A stretch of 64,000 bases of DNA from a virus. The notes beneath the pieces were generated by a model. That model searched no databases, was not told the DNA's origin, and saw only the letters and a list, made by a program, of their open reading frames with translations. Position numbers and translations under genes: made by a program. The stretch spans positions 1 to 64,000 of the IMG/VR virus record IMGVR_UViG_3300045988_114765. The stretch is one strand, 5' to 3'. Below, piece after piece: positions 46,807-57,400 of the stretch (position 1 is the first letter of the stretch; each line of letters begins with the position of its first letter).

Positions 46807-47439
46807 TTATACTTTTTTTATCCTACAATACAAATCCAATAAGAACTCAGCAGAAAAACCATCCCATGCATTATTCTGCCAAATATCTACTTTGTTAATA
46901 AACCAAGACCATGTAGGACCATCATATGAAGAATCAGATGATGATCCCAATCCGATTTTCTCCATTTCATTCGCCACATCAGAATAAGGATCTAAATCGA
47001 CTCCCCTAATCATGTTAATAATATCACCCTTGTCTAATGTAAATTGAAACCGCTCCTTGTTAGTAAGCGAATCTTGATTCAATTTACCAGTCGCAAGCCA
47101 TTCTCCATCATGATACAATTCGGCAAGTTTCTTTACCTTATTTTTAAGAAAAGAATACTCTTGTGTGACTTCTATAAAATCAGCTTCGTTAGCTTCACCC
47201 TCTATGAAGATAACGGTTTTGCTTCCAGGTCTATGATCGTCTAAGCTTGCCGGGATTCCCAATATCGTCCATCCTTTAAACTCAGCTATCTTAAAACGCA
47301 TGACATCAAACACCTTATAGAAATCATCACAATCTACAGATTCTATTACCTTAATATCCTCTTCTGTGAATTTACCTCGTATTGGAATAACGTGATGACC
47401 GGGGCAGCCATCGGTTCCGAAATATGCGATTCCAACCAC
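46807..47439 (-). CDS. hypothetical protein, 210 aa
   Basis: ORF only. Confidence 0.5.
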   Translation of the reverse strand: MVGIAYFGTDGCPGHHVIPIRGKFTEEDIKVIESVDCDDFYKVFDVMRFKIAEFKGWTILGIPASLDDHRPGSKTVIFIEGEANEADFIEVTQEYSFLKNKVKKLAELYHDGEWLATGKLNQDSLTNKERFQFTLDKGDIINMIRGVDLDPYSDVANEMEKIGLGSSSDSSYDGPTWSWFINKVDIWQNNAWDGFSAEFLLDLYCRIKKV

Positions 47440-47459
47440 GATATTTACAATATTTTAAT

Positions 47460-47675
47460 TTATTTTGCTAAAACATTCATATAACATGGCACATCTACCA
47501 CATCTCTTCTACGAAGTCCCTTATCAAAATAGGAAACCATATAAGTATTTTTACCTTCGTGATCAGGTCTGGGATCAAAACATTCAAAAACGAATCTTGT
47601 TGTACCTTCCAAATGACCAAGCATGAAAACAAATTCGCCACTGTATCTTTTATTAGCCAATTCTTCTACAGTCAT
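47460..47675 (-). CDS. hypothetical protein, 71 aa
   Basis: ORF only. Confidence 0.45.
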   Translation of the reverse strand: MTVEELANKRYSGEFVFMLGHLEGTTRFVFECFDPRPDHEGKNTYMVSYFDKGLRRRDVVDVPCYMNVLAK

Positions 47676-47899
47676 AATCTGTCCCCTCCTAATCCTGAAT
47701 TGATGCTAACGTACTTAACACGGACATCATTTCCACGTCCAAGCTGACCCCAGCCGGGCGATGGCGTTCCCTTGGCCGGAGCAGGGACAGCCCTAAGCCG
47801 AGACCAGTCCTGCTTTTGCCTCATGGCTTCAGCCTCTTTGTAATACCGGTTACACAGTTCTTGATCTTCGTAACCAACGTAATCTTCCTTATTTTCCAT
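47672..47899 (-). CDS. hypothetical protein, 75 aa
   Basis: ORF only. Confidence 0.45.
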   Translation of the reverse strand: MENKEDYVGYEDQELCNRYYKEAEAMRQKQDWSRLRAVPAPAKGTPSPGWGQLGRGNDVRVKYVSINSGLGGDRL

Positions 47900-48026
47900 A
47901 TAGAATACTTTTTCAACAAAAGTACGACATTCATGAATTAATTAGATTTAAAATGAAACAATATGAATTAAAATAAAAACCCGATACGTTAAAATCGCAT
48001 CGGGCCCGGTATTGAAAAAAATAGGT

Positions 48027-48203
48027 TCAGATCTTGGGTAAAGATTCGAGCCAATTTTTAACATCTTTATATTTAGGGTCTTTGTCTATTCTATCTTTCA
48101 GTTCATGCAATGCTGAGTCCATAACCGTATTCGGTACGCCAATCAACTCTCCTATTAAATACAAGGGGGTTTTATTCGATTTAGATTCATGTGCTATATT
48201 CAT
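48027..48203 (-). CDS. hypothetical small protein, 58 aa (MNIAHESKSNKTPLYLIGEL...)
   Basis: Below the ORF-track cutoff; the plus-strand ORFs in this region look antisense. Confidence 0.3.
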   Translation of the reverse strand: MNIAHESKSNKTPLYLIGELIGVPNTVMDSALHELKDRIDKDPKYKDVKNWLESLPKI

Positions 48204-48366
48204 ATCCCAAAAAAGTTATGTGAAACAAACCGGCCACGGGTATTCTATTGCCCGCCGACCGGTATAATATTTTTATTCCTTTTTTTCCAAACGGGAAAAA
48301 CGGGAATGCGGGAATCATATTTTTTACTATGGCTCCCGCACCACCGGAAGGACCTGGATCTGGATC

Positions 48367-48660
48367 TCAGGTCAGATCCTTCCAGTTTATTTTTTCGCCG
48401 AGGTAATCTTGCACGGCAAGCCATCTTATAAAGGCTACTCCTTCGGGAGCATCCGGATCATCCAAATACATTAACGTAGCTTTCACCAACTCGTTCTCAC
48501 ATTTGAAGACCTTCGGAAAACCATCCGAATAGTACATTGCAAAGACATATTGGACATCGCCCCATGTCGCTTTATCCGGCTTCTTCGCTCCGCACTTTTC
48601 AAAAATATCTTTTATTTCCGGCTGCTTCCAGATCCTCTTGGATCCATCGACGTTGACCAT
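48367..48660 (-). CDS. hypothetical protein, 97 aa
   Basis: ORF only. Confidence 0.45.
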   Translation of the reverse strand: MVNVDGSKRIWKQPEIKDIFEKCGAKKPDKATWGDVQYVFAMYYSDGFPKVFKCENELVKATLMYLDDPDAPEGVAFIRWLAVQDYLGEKINWKDLT

Positions 48661-48753
48661 CTTCTTTACCGCCTCATCAGCGAGAGCATTAGAAAAATGG
48701 TAGCCGTAAGTATCTACATATTTCTGATAAGCTGGATCCTCTGCGTCTGCTCC

Positions 48754-49122
48754 TCAATAAGAACGACCTCTGCCACGTCCGCGACCTCTACGCATCTGAG
48801 GTCCGTCACCGTAGTATCTGTCGTCTCCATAGTAATCGGTCGGGTAGGATTCGTAACCCATCCTCCGGTATTCCCGGTCCTCCATTTCATGACGACGTTC
48901 GCGCTCTTCGAGCCTTCTTTCCCTTTCTTCCAGCTCGTTTTCGCGCTCTTCCATTTCTTTCATCTTCTCATGCATACCGTAATGGTCGTAAATACCACCA
49001 CCATACCCCATGTACGTCCCATCAGAACGCCGGCTTCTGCCTCTGCCTCCACCTCGTCTGTCTTCTATCTCGTCATATCCAGGATATTCTCTGTGTCCTG
49101 AATTTAAATCATATACTATCAT
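48754..49122 (-). CDS. low-complexity protein with RGG/RGRGRG ends and an (ERE)n coiled central region, 122 aa
   Basis: Amino-acid composition. Confidence 0.4.
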   Translation of the reverse strand: MIVYDLNSGHREYPGYDEIEDRRGGGRGRSRRSDGTYMGYGGGIYDHYGMHEKMKEMEERENELEERERRLEERERRHEMEDREYRRMGYESYPTDYYGDDRYYGDGPQMRRGRGRGRGRSY

Positions 49123-49129
49123 ATTATAC

Positions 49130-49624
49130 TTATTTCAAACGTTCTACAATTAACTTCTTTAAATCTTCGAATGAATCAGTAAGGTCATTCACCTTATTTT
49201 CTATACCAGCTATTTTACGATCCTGCTCTCTCGTTTGCTTGAATGCCGGATTGATATCTTCTAATATAGATTCACAAGCCTCTATCTTGGCACGATGGGC
49301 ATCTACGCTGTCTATTATTTCCTGACTGGTGCTTTTTATGGCATTCAGCTCGTTCATAATCGGATCTATGCTGGTAGATAATGTTATGCCCATAGCCTTA
49401 GCCACATTCTGGGATTCCGGGACCGTATAGGTCTTGGTTTCGCCAGTGAGCTCTACCGTCAGATCCACCACGCGGGTCTGCATCGCCTGATACTGACCTG
49501 GCTGAGGAGGAAGATACCTGGGTTCGGATACGGCTACTACCTTTCCCAATTCATATTTAGGTACTGTATTAGTATCAAGGGTATGTACCTGAAACCCTTT
49601 CTTCAAATCTGAAAACATGATCAA
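49130..49624 (-). CDS. hypothetical coiled-coil protein, 164 aa
   Basis: ORF only. Confidence 0.55.
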   Translation of the reverse strand: MIMFSDLKKGFQVHTLDTNTVPKYELGKVVAVSEPRYLPPQPGQYQAMQTRVVDLTVELTGETKTYTVPESQNVAKAMGITLSTSIDPIMNELNAIKSTSQEIIDSVDAHRAKIEACESILEDINPAFKQTREQDRKIAGIENKVNDLTDSFEDLKKLIVERLK

Positions 49625-49644
49625 AATATTAGTTAGGTGAAAAT

Positions 49645-49667
49645 AGGGTGATGATCTCCATCACCCT
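49645..49667 (-). terminator. hairpin AGGGTGATG-atctc-CATCACCCT followed by ATTTT on the minus strand; candidate terminator or attenuator
   Basis: 9-bp stem. Confidence 0.4.
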
Positions 49668-49824
49668 ACTGAAATCATTTACCTGCTTTAACTTCAGACG
49701 CCTGGGCTGCCGCTACTGGAACACAGCAATCCATTAATCTTAACACGCCACGAACTTTATTGAAGTACAGAAGGCGTTCTGTGCCATTTACCATAGCAGC
49801 ACCCGTGACAGCTACGGCATTATC

Positions 49825-50775
49825 TCAGCAACCTCCTCCGAATACCTGTCCCCAAGTATAAGCCTGGTAAGGAGAACAAGAGGGGTAGGCCGGGACGGCC
49901 GTCGGGCGTAATTGACCAACGATATTCTGGGTTTGTTGCTGAGATAATGCCGAAGCTGTCAAAGCCGCTTTTTCTTCACGAAGTTGAGCAATAGTGTTCT
50001 GCATCTCCCTCATTTCCAACTGACAGAATTTGTCGTTGATCACAACGGTTTGGGCGTCAAGTTTCGCAGACAAGATATTGAATTGGCTTGTAGCTTGCTC
50101 ACGATTGTTAGCCAGACCTTGGTTGAGACCGTTCTGCAAGATATTGGTTTGTTCCAACGTGCGAAGCTGGTTATCAAAACCTTGCTGAGTAATCATTCCC
50201 TGAGTCTGGCAAGTGCTTTGATTGATCAACGAACTCAGATTGCAGCAGCAAGAGCTGATTTGATTTCCTATTTCACAACCTTGTTGTTGAACTGCGTTGA
50301 TAACAGCCTGAGAAGTCATACCTACCTGACCAGCTACTTTATCAATAGCACCCTGTACGTTGCAGATAGCGTTCTGAAGTTGAGTAGTAGAACAGTTCAA
50401 AGCAGAAGCAATCTGATCTATGGCGCTACGATTACCTTGAATTGCCTGCATCAAAAGTTCACGACCGTAATCGTTATTCAACTGAGCCGGCAAACCATTG
50501 GCACAACAATCACCGCCATTTCCAAAACCGTTACCGAAGCCGCGTCCACCCCACAGCCAGAACAAAACAATTATCCAGAGCCACCAACCGTTAGCCCCAC
50601 CGAAACCGTCCTGGTTGTTACGACCGTTCATCAAAGCCGCCACCAGATTCGGATCCATTTTATTACCACCTATCAAATTAGCAAACATGCCGGGAATCAT
50701 TGAAAGAAGACCGTTAGTGGCTGCACCACCGTTAGCCCCGGCTCCATCTAAAAGGACGATTTTATCACCACCCAT
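49825..50775 (-). CDS. Gly/Asn/Gln/Cys-rich membrane protein (Trp-rich TM helix WWLWIIVLFWLW), about 316 aa from MGGDK
   Basis: Amino-acid composition and a TM helix. Confidence 0.5.
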   Translation of the reverse strand: MGGDKIVLLDGAGANGGAATNGLLSMIPGMFANLIGGNKMDPNLVAALMNGRNNQDGFGGANGWWLWIIVLFWLWGGRGFGNGFGNGGDCCANGLPAQLNNDYGRELLMQAIQGNRSAIDQIASALNCSTTQLQNAICNVQGAIDKVAGQVGMTSQAVINAVQQQGCEIGNQISSCCCNLSSLINQSTCQTQGMITQQGFDNQLRTLEQTNILQNGLNQGLANNREQATSQFNILSAKLDAQTVVINDKFCQLEMREMQNTIAQLREEKAALTASALSQQQTQNIVGQLRPTAVPAYPSCSPYQAYTWGQVFGGGC

Positions 50776-51110
50776 AATTTTATAGTATTTAATTGTTAAA
50801 CATACGTGCATGAAGCACGTAACAAAGATCATGATTGCAGGGTGGAACAAGGCTGAGTTTGTTTCCGATAAAATGGAAGGATTTTCAGTAAAAACGGAAA
50901 TATAATATACAACGAGTAGTTTTCCCCATTTATGGGTAAAAATTGATAATCAGCAACTTTCGCTTTTCCTTTTTTGGGTAAAGCGCTGTAAATCAAAACA
51001 GGATCCGCATCACTGCGAATCCTGCCTCAACTAATCTAAACTAAATACCATGAAAAACTTTTTCCCTACTAGAACTAAAGAACGAACAAATGTATGAAAA
51101 TATATGCTTT

Positions 51111-51308
51111 TCACAAAGAATCCGTATCCTGTTCTTTGGTATGGTTAAGTACATGGGATATAGTTCTGATACTTAATCCGGTTTGATTTTGTATCAGATT
51201 ATAAATATAGGATTTTGAAACTACAGTTCTTAATTGACCTAAATCATTCATAATGTTTTTATACATAAGATGAATGCTGTTGTTACGTTTGATGGTACTG
51301 ATTCTCAT
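51111..51308 (-). CDS. hypothetical protein, 65 aa
   Basis: ORF only. Confidence 0.35.
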   Translation of the reverse strand: MRISTIKRNNSIHLMYKNIMNDLGQLRTVVSKSYIYNLIQNQTGLSIRTISHVLNHTKEQDTDSL

Positions 51309-51459
51309 TTCCTACTGTTATTAGTTACGTTCGGTTCTTACTTTTTCCTTATTTCCATAATCCCTTCCTGAAACTAATATCGCAAAATCAATAAAAATAA
51401 TCCATAAACGACGAAAGTCTAACTTTTCTTGTATGTTATTGATATACGTGCATATGCAA

Positions 51460-51490
51460 GAAAAGTGAGACTTTCACAAGCCTCACTTTC
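51460..51490 (-). terminator. hairpin (AAAGTGAG...CTCACTTT) followed by a T-rich tract, downstream of the 759-aa gene on the minus strand
   Basis: 8-bp stem. Confidence 0.4.
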
Positions 51491-51533
51491 CAAATCGTAA
51501 TTATGAAAAAACTATATTATATATATACAAAAA

Positions 51534-53813
51534 TTACCTGCATTCCAATTTATTAAGATCATCCAATTCAGACTTGCTTACGGTCATGTCTTGCGTCAAG
51601 CCAGATCTGTTTTGGTATGGAGCGTAATCAGTTTCTACCGTCTTAGCCTTCTGAGTAGAATCGTATTTCACCTCCGATTCGGTTCCTGTCAGATTTTGGT
51701 AGATAGAGCCGGAACTACTCTCGCTTACTTTAGACCATATCTTATTACCTACTCTTATAAAATTATCATAAATACCTTCTGCTGTTATAACACCATCTTG
51801 CTCTACGATATTAGAACCCGATTTTTCTTTTAACAAATACGGGTGCCTGGTGTAAAAATAGTGTTCAAAATCATTCCCAGCATACGAAGGGTCATACCTC
51901 TCCAAATAAAACAATTCTGATAAAGAAGGGTCGGTACTGGTCATGCTATAATCAAACAACATCAACCTGTCTTTTCCAGATAAAGATAATTCTATTGATT
52001 TCAAAATATCAGGATCATCAGAAATAAGACCCAAAGATGGACCAGGTTTGAAGTCAAGATACTTATAGGCATTATCATATAATTTTGTTTTATGGAGTTT
52101 GTTGTCAAGGTAAGATTGGTATAAATCGAATAAGGATAATGGGTTTTCGCTATCTTGTTTTTTGTTCATGTATCGACTATACTCCCGATCCACATCCACG
52201 TAAGGAACGTCAAGTACCGCAGGGTGCCTAAACGCCATCCTGGTCATTATCATGTCCTCTGTGTTCTGAGAATCCATGAACGATCTGACGTATTTTTTAA
52301 TGGAAGCCATGAGCGTATTATTATCTACGTTCCGTACTTTCTCTTTATCCAAAACGCCGTTCTTAAAACAAGATTCAGGATATATTTTAGTAGAAAAATG
52401 AGTTAGGTTGTGCTTGGCTAATACTGTTGATATTTGATACATCTCGTTAAGATCATCTTTGCTGATCCTTTGATATAGATTATCTCCTACCTTAAGCAAT
52501 GAATGTTTCTCAAATGCCTCTACTGGGTCTATATCGGATTCAGAATAAACGATATTCAAATTATCCATATACTCCGGCAATAATCCAAAATAATAGTCTG
52601 TACTATCACCAAGAACATCATCTATAGAAGATGCCAGCGTTGGAGCATAATTTACATCATTATGCCTGGCCACATAAATATCAAGATCCAGCATCAAATT
52701 ATCTATCTTATTCAAAGATTCTTCTGTGCCATCATAAGTTTCCGATGTCCCTATTATATCTATGCCAAACCACGTACAAGCCTCTTCTATATCCCATATC
52801 ATGCTTCTTAAATCGGATTCGGTGTCGGCATTAGCCCTATGTAAATAAGCTGATATACGAGCTCTTAGGAACTCTATTTTGCCAGGATTGTAATAAGACA
52901 GATCTTGTAGCTTAGACAAGGATCTTCTCTTGCCTTCTACCACATCATTCCCTTCTATGTTTATTACCGGAATCTTATTCGTAGATGAGAACTCATCAAA
53001 CATAGATTCGGCAAATTCTTTATCAGAAACGAATTTCTCAACCAGTTCAGGGTATGAGTTTCTCAACGATTCAAAAGCAGATGAAAATTCAGAAAAGTTT
53101 TTTATGCCGGCTACTGTTTTGCCCATAGCCCAATAAAGCTCAGAAGGATTATATGGTACTTTTTTACCAAATTGGTTAAACACTCCCTCCTTGTAAACAA
53201 TAGGACCATACTGATAGTCAACAGACATAAAATAATTATCCTTTTCCCTATCATGTTCGTTAATAGAAGAATCTATTAACTTTCTCATGGAAGTCGAAAC
53301 CTCGTTTAAAACAGAAGGATCGGATAAAATACGACTTATTTCTGTTTCATCATACAAACCGGATCTCCTTAATTTCTGCTCATTCAGTATCAAACTGCCA
53401 TCTACATAAAAATCGAAGAGAATAGCATTAGACAATGAAGACGCATTGAAAAAATAATGAGTAGACAAAAGGAAATCCCTTACATCCTTAACATCCTGAG
53501 CCGTTAAAGGATCAGCAAAATAAGTCTGACGCTTCATATACGACAGCACATCTTCTAAAAGAGGTTCGCCATTGGGATCGGTGTTAAACATCTCCCCTGG
53601 AGCCGGGTTATTCCAATGACCGTAATACGACAAAAAACCAGGAGTGTAAGCCTTAGCCCATACCTGAAGGGCCCGCTCGCTGTTTCCTAATACTTTTAAA
53701 GCACTTTCGTAAAGAACGGAAGGCTCCCCGTTAGGAGTCTTAACCCGTTTTATTTCATTTTCCTTTTTTTCTATCTGACATTTGACACCCATAGTGATAA
53801 ATATTTTAGACAA
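51534..53813 (-). CDS. large hypothetical (virion?) protein, 759 aa
   Basis: Long ORF. Confidence 0.8.
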   Translation of the reverse strand: MSKIFITMGVKCQIEKKENEIKRVKTPNGEPSVLYESALKVLGNSERALQVWAKAYTPGFLSYYGHWNNPAPGEMFNTDPNGEPLLEDVLSYMKRQTYFADPLTAQDVKDVRDFLLSTHYFFNASSLSNAILFDFYVDGSLILNEQKLRRSGLYDETEISRILSDPSVLNEVSTSMRKLIDSSINEHDREKDNYFMSVDYQYGPIVYKEGVFNQFGKKVPYNPSELYWAMGKTVAGIKNFSEFSSAFESLRNSYPELVEKFVSDKEFAESMFDEFSSTNKIPVINIEGNDVVEGKRRSLSKLQDLSYYNPGKIEFLRARISAYLHRANADTESDLRSMIWDIEEACTWFGIDIIGTSETYDGTEESLNKIDNLMLDLDIYVARHNDVNYAPTLASSIDDVLGDSTDYYFGLLPEYMDNLNIVYSESDIDPVEAFEKHSLLKVGDNLYQRISKDDLNEMYQISTVLAKHNLTHFSTKIYPESCFKNGVLDKEKVRNVDNNTLMASIKKYVRSFMDSQNTEDMIMTRMAFRHPAVLDVPYVDVDREYSRYMNKKQDSENPLSLFDLYQSYLDNKLHKTKLYDNAYKYLDFKPGPSLGLISDDPDILKSIELSLSGKDRLMLFDYSMTSTDPSLSELFYLERYDPSYAGNDFEHYFYTRHPYLLKEKSGSNIVEQDGVITAEGIYDNFIRVGNKIWSKVSESSSGSIYQNLTGTESEVKYDSTQKAKTVETDYAPYQNRSGLTQDMTVSKSELDDLNKLECR

Positions 53814-53832
53814 AATACTATAAAAATAGAAA

Positions 53833-54420
53833 TTATGAAACTTCTATTTCATAATGCGAAGCCTTTGTTTCAACTATTAATCTTCTCTCTCCTTCAAACT
53901 CAACGCTATTATCTCCTGGACCAGTAACAAAAGGGAAATCAGATACGGATGTTACATAATCTTTATCACCACCAGAAAAAGACTGACTTTTACTTTGTTT
54001 GTAATTGATAGTCAATTGTGTTTTACCTATCTGAAGAGTTCCAGATAAATTTTTAGTATAAGTGGTGGTAGTTGTAATATCCCCATTTTTATAACAATAC
54101 ATTATAAAGGTGGTAACCGGACTCTTTTTTATATTACTATCCGGACCTGCATGATAAGATTCATTTCCTCCAAATATGCTATAAATGTGACAATAGGGAC
54201 CGACTCTTTTACTTAAAGTTTTAGCCTTATCCTCGACTCCTTTCAAAGATATAGTAACTTTGCTCTTGTATTCAATATCCTTCCAATTGCAGACTCCTTC
54301 ACTTACGTTTCCAACAAACCTGTCATCAACATAAACCTCTATATTCCCCTGCTGATTGGTCTTCAACTGATACTGAACAAGACCTGAAACATCTTCGTAT
54401 CTCCTTTTCATACTCAACAC
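53833..54420 (-). CDS. hypothetical protein, 195 aa
   Basis: ORF; overlaps the stop of the upstream giant gene. Confidence 0.6.
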   Translation of the reverse strand: MLSMKRRYEDVSGLVQYQLKTNQQGNIEVYVDDRFVGNVSEGVCNWKDIEYKSKVTISLKGVEDKAKTLSKRVGPYCHIYSIFGGNESYHAGPDSNIKKSPVTTFIMYCYKNGDITTTTTYTKNLSGTLQIGKTQLTINYKQSKSQSFSGGDKDYVTSVSDFPFVTGPGDNSVEFEGERRLIVETKASHYEIEVS

Positions 54421-57400
54421 TCTTTATTTAACTCATTTATCGAATCCGAATTATCAGAACCTTCTACGAGATTCTTATTCCTGTCTATCTCTTCCTGGCT
54501 CATATTACTCATCATATTTTGTATTTTTCTACCAGATTGAGATAAAGAGCGGATGAATGCACTGGAACTTATCTTAACTCCAAGATTCGGTTTTGCCCTA
54601 AACGCTTCACCGGTACTGATATTATACAAATCATACACACCTGAGTTCATATAGAATTTATATATCCAGTTTCCACCAGCTTTTTTGTACCCTAATTTGG
54701 TTAGCTCGACTACACTCATACCAAATTTAATACCATTACGACCCATTATCTTCTCCGGTATAGGTTCTACTTTAGCCGGAACAGATGTATATGCTTCGTC
54801 ACCGCCGTACAGGAAATAAGGGGTTGTCACCCTTGATATGTGAGTAAGCGACTCTTCGGATATACGAGGTTCGTCTTTCGCAGCCTTAGATCCTTTCCTT
54901 AGATTGGATATTCTAATAAAAGGATCGTATGTCAAAAAGGTTAAGCCGTATTCTACTTTATAACCTGATACGCCGTTAAGGTCCCTTATAGCCTTAGTCG
55001 TATGCGAGTGATTGATGGTGTCTATACCATACCTTGATTCCATATCGGTCATAATACTATTAACCTCATCTCCCTCTACATAAACCTCTTCTCCTTCCGG
55101 GATAGAGGTTATGCCGGCAGCCCTTCTAAGTAGCCATAAAGTAACTTCAGCAATGTCAGAGAACTTATCTCCGTTCTTCCTATAGTTATCTACTCTTCCT
55201 TCTTCAGATCCAGGTAATTCGACATTTCTTTCAACTTCGACATTTGTTCTGGATTGTCCTTTGCCTTCTCCATCTCCCTTTTTATCGCCATCTTCCTCAG
55301 TGCGTACTGCACCGCCTTCTGCACTTCCTTCTTTTCCATCATTTAAAATATTATCTGATTCTGACTCTATAGACTCCACAACAGCATCATACTCTGGTAT
55401 GCCGCTAAGGAAATCTGCTACGTTATTCAAAAACTCTATTTTTTCCTCGTTTGTCATATCAAGGCTTTCCACGGGCTCCCATATGGCAGGCAAGTTGTTT
55501 GATTTTATTGCAGTAGAAACATCTTCTATAGTTTTATTATCCACCGTAGGCAAAACTTTAGAAACCAAACTATTGATATCAGATTCCATTTTTTCTACTT
55601 CCTCTTTTGTGCCATATTCTTTTAGGGTATCCATGCCATTGACTCTAAGAGAATAATTCAAAGCCTTGCTTGGAACAAAATTAATATATTTCAAAAAGTT
55701 TTTCAACTCTGATATAATTTGTTCATCATATCTTGGCCCAACATAATCAACCACCACCTGATCTGTTTGAGAACGAAGCCAAGAAACATATTCTTCTAAA
55801 GTCTTACCACCTTTACTGGAAGGAGTGGATATTTTATCACCTACTGTTCCTTTAGGTTCTAATCCCATTTCTTCCTTAAGGCTTTTAGGATTACCTCTCT
55901 CACGAAGAAACCTCAAATCACCTCCTACAATCTTCCTTGCTATAAAATCAAAAATATTAGCATAAGACGGCAATCCTTCTTTTTCTATATGAGATTCTAT
56001 TTCGTTTAACATAAGAGAGAAGTTTTTCCTGGAGGTACGCTTCTTGCCAGGTAAAGACCGAGCAGCTTGTGCCGCAGGAGTCGGCTGAGCTAATGGCGCC
56101 GGCTGAGTCTCCCGGACAGCCCCTTCCTCTGGCATTTCCTCTTCATAAACATCCACGTCTTCTTTAGAAGTAACGGTCTTACCCTCATCAGAGAAAGGAA
56201 GATCATCCTCTATAAGTGATTTAGGTCTGGAAGATGATTTACCAAACTGAATCCTGATCTTAGGAGCAACAAACATCTCACCTTCGAAATCTATTCCAGA
56301 TTCTACTTCAGACGTCACAATGTCTTTCACACTCCTACTTCCATCTTCTACCCACTTAACAACATCAGGAACTGTAGATAATTCTTCTATAGCCTCACGA
56401 GCTTTTCTAAGACCTGAAATAGGATTCAAATACGATACTTGATACGAAGCCGGATCAAGACCTAACTTGGTTAGATACGCATTAAGATCTTGTATATCAT
56501 CTTGACCCATCTGTAGCAATTCAGAATCACCGGATTCAAGCAGCATATCTATAAAAGACATCCATTTCCGCCCTTCCTCTGATTCCACAGAACGTAGGCT
56601 AACTGGGAAAAGATAATTAAGACCGTTTTTACCTTTGATGACAACTACCGGAACTCTTACATTTTTGTAATTATTCCCCTTGTCATTTAATATAGAATAA
56701 GCAAATGGGAAGCCTGTGTATTTAGATCCGTTCTTAAGCACGACTTTGCCATTTAATACATATCCGACATCAGATACTTTTTCAGCACCTTTTTCGGTAA
56801 TAGGGAGATTTTCTACCTGGCCATATCCTTGACCGTTCACCTTCATGTTAAACACCGGTCTTCCGGGAAGGGTCTGGGCAACAACATGCGTGCCGACGCC
56901 GATGGTAGCCGACCGGCCGGCGTCCTTCTTCCACTTGTTGAAAGCCGTTCTTCTTATCTTACTTATACCATCTATGCCTCCTGTATCAGCTTTTACAACA
57001 GAAACGAATCTGTTCCCACTCATGACCTTGATAACCATATTGGATACCAGTTTATTCTCAGCAGATTCTATTCTTTTTTTATCGCCGGACTGAACAGCGT
57101 CATTGTATTCGGCAAAAAGAGACTGATTATAGGTATCATTTACATCTATTTCGAGATTAACCCTATCTCCTTTTTTCAAAGAAGATAATGCTTCCTGATC
57201 TATTTTATCTACCTCATTCTCTCCGAATCCGACACCTGTTCTGTACGGAACCAATTCATCTGAATCAAGACGCTTATAAACCAAAGAATAGGAATTACCC
57301 ACGTCCTGAATAGACACGTCTGTGTAACGGTTAAGAACACGAGCCGATTCTTTGTCTATAGACCATCTCGCATGATAAGGCAATTCAATTATAGTAGCCG

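Noticed and set aside
48550-49101. 183-aa plus-strand ORF
   Set aside because: It is antisense to the RGG protein gene inside a uniformly minus-strand block. The product is hydrophobic and of low plausibility.
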